Shown: positions 52,960 to 64,000 of the stretch, piece by piece
Numbering within the stretch: position 1 is the stretch's first letter
Layout of the letters: each line of letters begins with the position of its first letter
Assembly: GCF_021869535.1 (NCBI RefSeq)
Contig: NW_026262734.1
Location: 30,194,001-30,258,000, forward strand
Reading direction: 5' to 3'
Length of the DNA: 64,000 nt
Origin: Mytilus californianus
Taxonomy: Eukaryota
Made by a program: the position numbers and the translations under genes
The notes under the pieces: generated by a model
The model's database searches: none
Told to the model about the DNA's origin: nothing
Seen by the model: the letters and a program-made list of their open reading frames with translations, nothing else

Positions 52960-55065
52960 AGTCTTTTAATATTCATGATTTATTTCTACTACATATATTC
53001 AGAACGACTGTGCAAAAGGGCAAACTTATCATATCAGCACGTAATTAACTTCTTAGCTTACTGTCAGCTAACCTTCATGCACAGCGAGCATTCTTCCCTT
53101 TAATTGTGTTATTTGTTTTTCTGTAATACCACTTATATTAAAAAAGAAAATTTTTGTCTTAATTTGGATGCAGTTTTCTCTGTACATTTTGTGTTTCTAT
53201 TGTTAGAGATTATGATATTATTATTGCGTACTCACAAACTAAAGATCAAATCGTAACTGAAAAAAATGTTCACTTTGCTGTGACAAATTTCAATTTGGAA
53301 CTGATAAATGTCTATGTTTGTAAATGTTTTATTTTACCAGATGTTAATATATCGCTGTTTCTTAATTAGTTTATTACATGCTCTGTGGTTTTACGGAATT
53401 AGTGTTGAAGCTATATCAGCGGTTGTCTAAACTTAATTGAACCACAATTTGCCTAGATTAAGAACACTTCATCTTTTTTATTTGTGCTATTCAATTGCCT
53501 ATCATTAGACGTTTAACCTTTATTTAAGGTTATCAATATCAATTAAGGAAATCTTGGTAGGAAGCAAACTTTACAATTTGGTTTTAACTGAAATAAGATA
53601 TACTCAATGTTTCACTGATTCTAGAAAGTTGCAATTGTGTAATTCGTTGTTGAAGTATATGGTTTTTGGTTAAGAAATAAATAAGACTTAGTTGGCACTC
53701 ACAATCTGTGCCATGTTTCAAATTGACATCCAATAGCCATAAGACAAATATTCAGTACGTTGACATTACAAGTTTATCTGAACTTAACATTAAAGTACAG
53801 AATATATATAGCTTATTCTCAAACTAAGAATATTAGTGTGCCTATGCTGATGAAAAACTTAATATATATGCTGTTTCTGCTATGCTAAAATTTTGATAAT
53901 AAGTTTGAAGATGGAGAGACAAAAAAGAAAATTATGTCAGCTTTTTGTATTGTTTAAACAGACTTTTCATTCAAGATTTAGGACGATTATTTCAAAATTG
54001 GAGTATCTACTTTAACATTGAAATTCTTCTAACAAGAAATAAAGGATTTTGTTTATACTATTTATCATTACTTTCTAGTATTTCATTGACTTTTTGTCTC
54101 GCGCGGGCATATATTTCCCATCTCCTTTTATTTTCAATACAAACCTGAATATGCCACTGAGTAAATTTTAAAATAGTGGTATAGAAACATCAGATTATAA
54201 TTAAAAAGATGGGACCACAAATGATAAACAGCATTCAACAAAACACCATACAGAACACTAAAGACTGAGTATCACATACCAAACATAACCTGGGAGGAAC
54301 TTAAGTGCTTCGTTAAGGTTAGCAGTCCTTCTCCACTAGCGGCACCCGTCATACTTCTTATGCAAAGTTATACAGCAGTGTAAATTGTATTAAATGTCGC
54401 AATACTAGAATATGGGACGGCGAATGAGGCTACGATAAGTAGGAACATGTTTCTGGACATCTGTGATCTGTGACATTAAACTATTCCATTTTATGGCATA
54501 TATCTTAATTGTTGTAAACATGTTTACATAAAGAAAGTACAGAAAGTTTGACAATTTTTTTTTTCACTATGTGATATTTCAGTTAATGTTATTATCATCT
54601 AAACACTTTTTAATGAGGCATTAAAGGCTTTATTGGAATGACGTGTTTTTTTTCCCTACGGTGGTTGTTGCATTTTCTGTACAGTTTTATGTGCACAAAA
54701 GTAATTTATAGAAAATGGCTAGACATTGAAGGCGATATTTTAGGAAATAAACTGCGTCTTTCTTTTAAGAACATTATCAAGAATATGCAATCTATCTGAA
54801 TGTCTATCTGATGTCTCGATCATTAATGAGCTAATTACAAAAGTCAGTAGTTAAAATTTCTAACTTCCACGTTTACATTTTTCCCTTCAAACATGACATT
54901 TCTCCTTCCCCTCTTGACATTTCGAAGTTCCAACTAGACAGGTAATTCTCCTTTTTAAAATTGACATTTTTCACATCAAGTGAAAATTTCTCAGTTACAT
55001 TTTGAGTTTCCGTTGCAAGTTATAATTGTGAAGTTGGAAGTGTGAGTTTTAAAAACTTGAATGCA
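52960..55065. repeat. Old segmental duplication module, copy C
   Basis: Same anchor order; gacatt motifs spaced exactly 21 bp at 54874, 54895, 54916 and 54937. Confidence 0.8.
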
Positions 55066-56014
55066 TCGTTCAACTTTCTGTTAAGTATGCCGGTGCCGGA
55101 AACAACACGCCTGAGTCCCGCTTTTTCGACTCCGTCGATGCGAGACATACACTGAGCAACAACAACCTTGCCATAAATCGGGGGTGATTTTACGTCATTC
55201 GGAAAAGTAAGCAGATCGTGCTCCACATGTGGCATCCGTCGGTTGCTCGTGGTCACTACAAATTCCATGATAAGTTTCAATGAGTGATGTCACAATCAAA
55301 GAAAAAAGGACGGAAGAACGGCTAAGATAATTTGAACATATACATGGTAATATGTGACAAAGATATTCGATAATGACCAATCAATTCCTGATGACGCCCG
55401 TAAGCCTTCGGGAGGGATGACTTCAAATTTACCACTATCAACCCTTGGTCCAATAGCTTTCTTGTTAGCCGCACCGTCCATTAAATCATGAAAGCGTACG
55501 CTCTAGAATATCAATTGGTAAATGAATACTCCATATCTAAGCGTTGCTGGAATGTAGCTATATATAAATGGAAAGTTCACCAATGGAAAGCTAAAATCTT
55601 TTCATTTGTCGTGAAAGGCAAGCTATTTTCATCATATGGAAGTGTAAATTCACGTTATCCTCATTTGCTGGTACACAAGTTGTTAAAGACAAGTTTATTT
55701 GTACACGATTTTTAAAAGCGGTATAGAGATATCAAATCCGAAATCAGATTCAAAACTTGAAAGACAGACAACACCTTTGCCACACAAGTATAAAATGACA
55801 AACAATAGCTAACAAAACGCTACATAAAAAGATTGAGCTACACGAGTACACTATAAAAAAGACTCAGAGGTTGACTCGGATGCTTCGGAAGGGTAAGCAG
55901 TTCCTGTTCCTTTTCTACAAGTGTAGGTTAACATAAAATAATTATATCGAAGTTACATTTTTAGTTTGAAATCTATTAATACATATACAGTCTCTACTTT
56001 ACAGGCTGATCACT

Positions 56015-56276
56015 GGGCCTCGGTATTCGAATTGTCTCAGTAGGTCAACTACTGTATCACAAGATTGTAAACACTAGGGTTGTTAGTTCGAATCTTTCAC
56101 GTGGCAGGTGCGCTTGACTCCAATCAAAATTTACAAGGATTGTCAGTTTTCCTGCCGAAGGTCGCGATCGGTGGTTATCTCCGGACATTCCGGCACCAAT
56201 AAAAACTGACCGCTAAGAAATAGCCAATAGTGCTGAAAGTTGCATTAGACACCGATCAATTAATCAATCAATCAAT
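56015..56276 (+). mobile_element. tRNA-derived SINE (V-domain-like core) with (TCAA)n tail
   Basis: B-box-like AGTTCGAATCT at 56085-56095, GGTGGTTATCTCCGGACATTCCGGC core, tail atcaattaatcaatcaatcaat. Confidence 0.75.
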
Positions 56277-56646
56277 TACAGGCTGAATAAAATGTCACAT
56301 TTAAAGCAACGCATACTGGGCAAATGTAAAAGGATAACTTTATTTTTGATAACTGTTACAATGAAATATGCATAAATTGTTCACTAATATCCAGTTCTCA
56401 TATAATCGGTTAGACATAGAAACTGTTTAAGATATTCTTTTGAACTTTCAGCAACTCCTGAAACAGTCATTTGCCAAAAGAACATAAAGCACTATTCCCA
56501 TTGAATGTATTAAATTTGAACCGCAGATTGCAATTTTTTTTTTAAGAAAATGGTCATTGTAATATAATATCATGACATCCCTCATCTATTTATCGTATCA
56601 GTATTTGCCATATCGATGTCAAACAAAATTGAACTGCATGCCAATC

Positions 56647-56796
56647 AATGAGATCGTTCATCACTCTACAACACTTGAAAATCTGAAAAAAGACATTAAG
56701 ATATAAATTCGTATGCATTGCTAAGATTCATAATATATTTTTTTGTTTTATTTAACACAGATTTTAAAGTGTTGAAGAGTGATGAGCGATCTCATT
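56647..56796. mobile_element. 150-bp inverted-repeat (MITE-like) unit
   Basis: Arms of about 38 bp aatgagatcgttcatcactctacaacacttgaaaatct / agattttaaagtgttgaagagtgatgagcgatctcatt; no clear TSD; its interior is repeated at about 56910-57000. Confidence 0.55.
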
Positions 56797-57618
56797 AAAG
56801 CTGCTCTGTTCTTGCGTAACATTTTTGGTTATTTAGACTGAGGCTAAATTAAAAGTACACAGGTCTGCTGTTCAGTTCTTGTGCATTTTAGATATGACAG
56901 TATGAAAGCAATTTCTGAAAAAAAACCTTAAGATATAAATTTGTATTCATTGCTATGATTCATAATATATTTTTTTATTTTACTTGAAATTAGAATTTTC
57001 TTTAAAACGGTTTATTAAGAAAACATCTATAAATAAAAGGCACATTCATTCTGACAAGGTTTTCCCGATTTATCCATATTAATTGTTTGCGGGCGTAACT
57101 ATTTGAATTAAAATTATATCCTTTACCATTACAGTGTCTCTTGGATGAAATTTGGTATTAATAGCTTAAGGTTATGACATTTAGTCTAGTTTGACCAGAT
57201 GAAGGCCTATGTTAAGACATACGACATTTGATTTTATTAAAAATATGAAGTGCCTGTAAAGATTAAATATTTTGCAATATAACACCTTACTTTTGGTAAG
57301 TAGGATCACATGGTGAGCGTTCCTGCAAAACGTTTACATAATCTATTTTTTATCTGACGCCAATTGTAATGTATATTGTTATGAGATTGCAATTATTATG
57401 ATTATTTATCTTGTCCTCATTTATTTTGTATGGCCTTATACGATATTTACATTATTGGGTTGTGGCCTGTTTATAGTTGTTAACAAAATTATGTTATTCT
57501 GTAGTTAAGAAATCACTGATACAATCGTAGTTTCTGATGGAATTATTAGAACTTTCTATTTGACTATTAATTCCATCATGATTATAATCTACGATGCGTA
57601 ATTTAAACATCTAAATTT

Positions 57619-57656
57619 TTCTAGAAGTTTCCCTTCTACAGTGTTCTAGAAGTTTC
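57619..57656. promoter_or_regulatory. Two perfect three-unit heat-shock-element matches
   Basis: TTCtaGAAgtTTC at 57619-57631 and 57644-57656. Confidence 0.3.
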
Positions 57657-59904
57657 CGTGGTCACCAGACTTGATAATTTCCTACTGCAAATGATTTTTT
57701 TTTTAAATTAACGAAAACAACAACAGGACCACTGTAACACCAATGTTACACCACTATCCCAGGTTAGGTAAATGTTTTTTTATAAATTAGGCCGTTAGGT
57801 TTATCTATTTAAACCATTGCCGTAACGTTAGCCTATTCATTTACCGTGAATTCTTTTTCTAGAATCTACGCTTCCTAATTCTGTCGCTGAAATGAACTCA
57901 CCAAATTATATTCAATTGTTTCCTTTGTGTTCCTTATTTCATTAAGTTTGAATTGGCTAATTTACTGATTTCTGTTCACTAATGGAATTAATTTAAAAAC
58001 TTACCTTTAACTTTTGTAATTTTTATATGCCTTCACTAGGGATCAAACCCCTCCTTTAAATCTGTTATGTGTGACTGACATCAACACATCGACGAAACCT
58101 CTCGGCTACCAATGGGTGGCAATTTAGATGTCTATTATATATATATAAATGAACATATGATACACATCGGTACAACGGACACACAGGGTTTGTACCTTTA
58201 TATATACATGATAGACAATCGTACAGTATAAGTTGGTAGTCGCATGGTTAAAATCAATGAGTTAAAGAGTTAAGTTAAAGGTAGAAACTTGTCGGATTAG
58301 GTTCGAATCCCTGTTTTCTCTTTTTTGTGTCCCTATTTTTTAGGTTTTTCCGTTTTTCTTATTTTAAATGTTACTGTTGATACTTTTGTAATAATAGAGG
58401 GTTTTTCCGTTTATTATTGAATTATTATTGGCCAATTCACGTATTTGAAAAAAAAAATGATTACATTCAATTTGTCCATTTTTGTTTTATAAATATAGTA
58501 TGATTCATTCTGTTTTACTAAATATCTTTATAATTGTTTATTCGCAAATACCTTTGCGGGTAACTTGTGATGTGCCTAGAACTAGGTTTCTTGCTAGAAA
58601 TTTCGGTAACATACTTATTATATATACTTAAAAATAAGTTCGAATATGTCTTATTTTGTTAATTACGGATAATACTCAGATACATAATAATTTAAAGACA
58701 GACGTATTGTGTTATATTTGTATTTCTCTAACCAATTAATTGTTAACTTTGATTTATAAATGCGTCGTTGAACATGATAACAGGGTTATTTATACTCAAT
58801 TACAATACCTTCTAATTAAGAAAAGGCTTTTTTTTTTTTAAAAGACATCAACACAATAGTTTAAGTTATAGATACAATGAATAAGCATTGATTCATGAAA
58901 AACAAACCATTCGACCTCCGGGCTCATGGTTTCTTTTCAGGAATCAACGCTTATTCATTGTATTATATAATACTGAATTGTGTCGTATTTTTCATGTCGG
59001 GGCTTTTTATAGCCGACTTTATGGTTTGGTGAAGGCCGTACGGTTGCCTTTAATTGCTTCTATCCACTTCATTTGAACTTGTGTGTATGGTTGTTTAATT
59101 CGCCACCATACCATTTCTCCTTATTTTTATATTCAGGATAGAAAAACATTTCCCTCTTCATACGAATTAGACACATAATTAACGGAAGCGGACATATACT
59201 TCCGTATCAAAATAAGAATAACAGAAATAAATTGTCTGTTTGTTGCTGTGATAATTTAATGTGTAAATACGTCTTATTTCCTCGTGACATTGGATGTTGA
59301 ACTAATTATTGATTTGTCCAACAGTTTTGTATTGTCAGCTATTTTACTGTTCAACTTTGTTTGTCGTGGAACATTCGTTTGTCATTGTCCTTTCATTTTT
59401 AATGCGCATTTAGGCGAGTGAAAAAACAATAGTTTATGATACTCTGGAATCAATTGTATCGACCCACTGGTAGTTTTAAGTCGAAGAACCATGTACTTAG
59501 ACTTTTTTTTAATTACATGTATTAGAATTTTATAAAGCCACTTGGTTCATGCAAATACAAAATGGACAATGTTTGTGTGTAAACTTTAACTTAAAGTCAC
59601 ACCCCGTAATAGAACCTTTTTGTGACACCTTCATTACTAAATACAAACATAGTGATTGCAACACCAGACGCAATTTGTACTAGACAGAGGTCAACGCTTA
59701 ATGGCATAGCTTGTCAAAATGTTTTCTAGAAGTTGACTGAAAATAATATCCACTGTTTATTGAACTAATTTGGCGACATGGGTATCGACCCCGTGGTTGC
59801 TGGCTTCATCTTCTTGCTTATGACTTTATACCACAGCACTTTTTATCTGAATGAATATAAAAAAAAAGTAGTTTTCAATTATAACATATTTTTAACTTAT
59901 AAGA

Positions 59905-60480
59905 TTAAGATGATGTGGTATGATTGCCAATGAGACAACTCCACACCACAGACCATTTGACGCAAAACTTAAGACCTACAGGTCACAGTACGACCTTCAA
60001 CAATGAACAAAACCCAAACTAAAACCTATTAAAGGCCCAAAATGACGCATGTAAAACAGCTCAAACGAGAAAACCAACGGTCCGATCTATGCACAAAACA
60101 ACAAACAAAAAACAAACCAAATATGACACACTGCACCAAACAACAACCACCGAATTGCAAGCTGTTGACTTGGAACAGGCACACACATAATTTGGCGGGG
60201 TCAAACATGTTTTCTGGCTCCAAACCATCCCCTTCGGACAGTGGTTTAACAGTACAACATAAGAACAAACTATAAAAATCAGTTGAAAAGGGCTTAACTC
60301 ATCAGATTGAAACAAAGCACAATAAAAAACACAACAAAAACACAAAAGACAAAAAGTATAGATCTGAGAGTACTTGCAGCCTTAGTAAACAAGCCTAAAG
60401 CCAACCTCAAAGAACAAAACACATGCATCTAAAACTTAAATATCAATCAGTACACATCCAATATCCAATGGATTTAAAGT
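59905..60480 (+). repeat. Interspersed repeat family A, long copy
   Basis: Head matches 13168; its 3' part matches about 7440-7730 and 15690-15860. Confidence 0.85.
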
Positions 60481-62117
60481 TCATATACTTCTTGAGAGAA
60501 ACAGACTTGTATCAGCTGAAACAAATAAGGTTCAAAGACCGCCATTACATAACTTGGATTATAATTTCAAATTGAGGCAGTTTTTCTATTGTGAAACTAG
60601 TTGGAAAACAAATATTGATTCTTCTGAATAATGAATTTTTTTATGATTCTTGTTATTTTCATGAATTTCTGACTTAAAGCGGCCCTAGCTTTTTGTTTTG
60701 TCACAATTTAACCAAACTGAGTGCTGAATTCGAAGTGTTATTCAATATATCGTTCTTGTAAATGTTTTAAAAAAAAATTTATTTCGATTACTTGTATTAC
60801 TTATTCAACGTTTGTCATACATCAAATTATGGTTAGATGTGGACCAATGCAGTGATGAGTATATTGCGAGCTAGACAGAAAAACGAAATTAGATATCTTT
60901 TCTGTCACAGTATCGCATATATGGATATTAGTACCAGCAATCAGTAATGTAAAACTTTTTTTCCAGAAGAGCAGACTGTTACATAAGACAAGTTTAGGCA
61001 GATTAATTTCAAATAGTTGACCTTTTAACTTTATAAACTGCTTGATATATAATGTGATTATATTACTGTTAAATTATTGTGTCTTCTATGGTTTATAAGA
61101 TAGTCGTCTATTTAAAGTTTGATACAAGACAACACTTTTTTTTAATTTTATTAACATTTTCTACATATTTTATGTGGGATTGTACATCGTTTCGTCCTTC
61201 GTTGTTCAATACGTTACTTTATGAAATACGATCGGAAATACAGCCGCCGATCTTAAAAACGTGGTACCGTATGATATCTAAGTCAATAGGTTTATTAAGT
61301 ACTTTCAGTTTGATTTCAGTAACTGAGTAATCTTTGGTGTGGTATATTTACTTTTGTTTTGGGTGTTTTTGTTATCTATTGACCATAATACCAGTATTAT
61401 AGACTTTATCTGTTTTTTAATGAATCGTTTGTTTTGGGGGAAAATGTTCTTTTTTAATGCTTTTCTTATGACACTGATCTAGATTAAAAATAGGAGAGTT
61501 CAATGCTTTAAAAAACACTCAACCACACGAGTCCGGATACCTGGACAGTGATTTTGATTATTCATATCGTATTTTTACTACTTTATTGAATCTGGTGTTC
61601 TTGGCAGATATTTAAGTGCCAGTCTTTGTAAGAATCAGGCAATTTAGAAGAATTTCAAAACATGGCCGAAAAAAACCCACCGACCTAACCATCCTATTTT
61701 GTAGTTAACTTCATCCTCCTGAGTTAGAAGTGGCAGGTCTTTTGTTTCTGCGTGTCTGGTAATTCGAGAAATCTCTAGATAACTTTTGGTTAGAATGATA
61801 GCAAATTACGGAGTTAGCTCCTCTTAATTGTTATTTTCTTGTGCATTTCAAACAAATGTTATAATCATGCACCATTTTGAACATAATATGATGTCAACTT
61901 GAGTGGGTTTTTATTTGTCATGTTTTCACCACTGCCTGATTCTTAGGCAGATTGGCACTTAATAAGACGGTAATGAATTTAAACGTATAAGGATCATAGA
62001 TAATAAGTAAAATATGCGTACCCCAGTGATTTGAATATAATTTTATATCAGTATACTTTTTCAAATTCATTACAATATCAACTAGTTAATTAGTAAAGTA
62101 TTTATAACAAATTATCA

Positions 62118-62365
62118 CTACACTCATTTAACAAGATTCCAATATTCACTTAGCAAAATCCCTACTCTCATTTAACAGATCCCTACTCGGAGTATACTCA
62201 CTTAACAAAATCCCTTCGTTAACTTAACAAGATCCCTACACTCACAAAGCAAATCCTTACACTCATTTAACTGGATCCATACACATACTTAACAAGATCC
62301 CTACACTCACCTAAAAAAATCCAAACACTCACAATTAAAATTCCTACAATCCCTTAACGAAATCC
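62118..62365. repeat. About 22-bp minisatellite, about 11 degenerate copies
   Basis: Consensus CACTCAYTTAACAARATCCCTA. Confidence 0.85.
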
Positions 62366-62581
62366 GAGGCAAAGGAAAATTGAATCTTTGTAATGCTGCG
62401 CTTCATCACAGATTCAGAAACATAAAGTTTAGTCGACTGATTAATTGAAACTTTGAAAGAGATCTAGTCAAATAAATACATACTACTACCTCCGTCACAA
62501 AACTAAATCCTATTCATACATCAATTTTATATAACGCTACAGTATATCAAATAACTCAGAAAATACTAAACAAGTTCAAGC

Positions 62582-64000
62582 TCACTTATAACGAATAGAA
62601 GAAAGTACTGTGTAAAATGCCTTAGCCTTTAAGTCTTCTAGTGCCCTTTTCTTCTCATTCCGTGAGGAAAAGTTTGTTGTGGAATAACTAGTAGCCTGCG
62701 CTAAGAGATCGTTCAGGCTACACTGCTTCTGTGGGGTATTTGGTCTAACAAATGGAATATCTGTTTCCTCCTCAATTACCATATACAACGTATCCATAAT
62801 AGCTTTTGTGAGTTTAGAATCGTTGCTGGTGGCTACTATCTGTAAATCTGACATCATGCTGATTATTTTGTCGGCTTGTTTTTCATTTGACGGATCATTT
62901 CTGCGTGTCTTCAATTCTTCCATTTCTTTCATAGTAATCTCTTCTTCTTGTTTTGAGCTTTCGCATTCTTTATTCATATCGAAATATACTTGGAGAGCTG
63001 CTTCTGGATCTTCAATGATTTTTTGTATCTTCTCTCGGATTTCATTGGCTTCTGTCTCAGTTAAATGAGCTATTAAATTGCTCTCTATAAAATAGTGCTT
63101 GAGATATCTCCTGTCTAAGCACTCTATCATATAGGACAATATACTTTCAAGGGCTAACAATATTGTAGAACGGCGATCAAAGAGATCAGGATCAATTTTT
63201 CCACACTGGTGATAAAAGGCAGTTTTCCAGTGAAAAGTGGTAAGTACTGAAGAATAATGTTTAAGGTAATCTTTCTGGAGGGCTTTAAGAAGTAGGACAC
63301 ATAGTCTTTGATCGGAACTAAGGTTAGAAGCTAGGATAATTTCCGCCTGATTAAAGCCCAGACAAAAATCGATATCGGTAGAAGGTTTAACAATTGCCGG
63401 CTTGGCTACAACGTACACCTCCGACTGACAGATTTTTTCAACAGCTTCCGAGCTTGGCCACAATACTTTGTCGCTGGTCAGTATCCGAAGACTCCATTCT
63501 TCCAGACATTTGAGTTTTCCCTCGAGAGGAAATGCAGCAATAAAATCTTTGCTGGATTTGTAGTTAAATTTAACCCGGAATACTTTTTTGCTGGGTAAAT
63601 CTTCAATGAAATGTCTATCGTTTTCCTCTGTTCTTTGTTTGTTTCTATTTGGATGAAAATACGTCGGACTAGCGACTGCAGAATCAGAGGTGACTCCATC
63701 TATTAACCCGCCAAAGGTTTGTACCAGCGCAGTACTATACTCCTCGTTTGGTTTTATTTCAGCAAGTATACTAAGAATGTTGGTAAGAAGTGATTTCATA
63801 CTGGGAGATAAATCACTTGAGTCCATTACCGATTGGAAATAATTTTTCGTAGCCCTCATGTCTGTGTCCTGTTTTCTCATATATATTTTTTCGGTAGCTC
63901 CACCAACCATCTGGAAACCAACGTAGTTTTCTTTACACATGCCTGGTTTAGCTTCACGGTTGAATTCGACATGATCATTATGTTCCCTCTTTGAATCAAG
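62582..64000 (-). CDS. Mab-21 / cGAS-like receptor (cGLR) nucleotidyltransferase, 5'-incomplete
   Basis: KDFIAAF..EEWSLR..LWPS..V.KI...VYVVAKP, FCLGFNQAEIIL, LLKAL, TFHWKTAFY, LKHYFIESNL follow the Mab-21 motif order; the frame stays open from Met 63940 to the window edge (LDSKREHNDHVEFNREAKPG). Confidence 0.85.
   Translation of the reverse strand, partial: LDSKREHNDHVEFNREAKPGMCKENYVGFQMVGGATEKIYMRKQDTDMRATKNYFQSVMDSSDLSPSMKSLLTNILSILAEIKPNEEYSTALVQTFGGLIDGVTSDSAVASPTYFHPNRNKQRTEENDRHFIEDLPSKKVFRVKFNYKSSKDFIAAFPLEGKLKCLEEWSLRILTSDKVLWPSSEAVEKICQSEVYVVAKPAIVKPSTDIDFCLGFNQAEIILASNLSSDQRLCVLLLKALQKDYLKHYSSVLTTFHWKTAFYHQCGKIDPDLFDRRSTILLALESILSYMIECLDRRYLKHYFIESNLIAHLTETEANEIREKIQKIIEDPEAALQVYFDMNKECESSKQEEEITMKEMEELKTRRNDPSNEKQADKIISMMSDLQIVATSNDSKLTKAIMDTLYMVIEEETDIPFVRPNTPQKQCSLNDLLAQATSYSTTNFSSRNEKKRALEDLKAKAFYTVLSSIRYK

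Noticed and set aside
55296-55481. Possible Ly6/GPI-anchor-like C-terminus (+) or transmembrane ORF (-)
   Set aside because: It needs several assumed frameshifts, has no splice support and is flanked by repeat fragments.

Overview
AT-rich, repeat-dense eukaryotic genomic DNA. The interspersed repeat families look like those of mytilid mussels; that is an inference from recognising the repeats, not from a search. Two host genes are supported. One is a PTTH/trunk-like cystine-knot preprohormone on +, with a 9-nt first coding exon at 15132-15140 and a main exon at 22323-22715. The other is a Mab-21/cGAS-like receptor (cGLR) ORF on -, 62582 to beyond the window end. A decayed nSTAND3-type NTPase pseudogene lies at about 11530-12950. 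The rest is mostly mobile DNA: Penelope-like RT fragments; a recent GIY-YIG Penelope insertion with a 175-bp inversion and a hammerhead core; many hammerhead-repeat (retrozyme-like) relics; a four-element nest of DNA transposons with intact TSDs (29300-34037); a DIRS-like gag relic; a tRNA-derived SINE; MITEs; and an old triplicated 2-kb non-coding module (45-55 kb). The most novel-looking signal is a candidate U6-type Pol III unit at 17464-17649 (SPH site, TATA, about 58-nt structured RNA, TTTT) inside the PTTH-like intron. No rRNA, intact tRNA or CRISPR array was seen. All homology calls are from motif recognition by eye.
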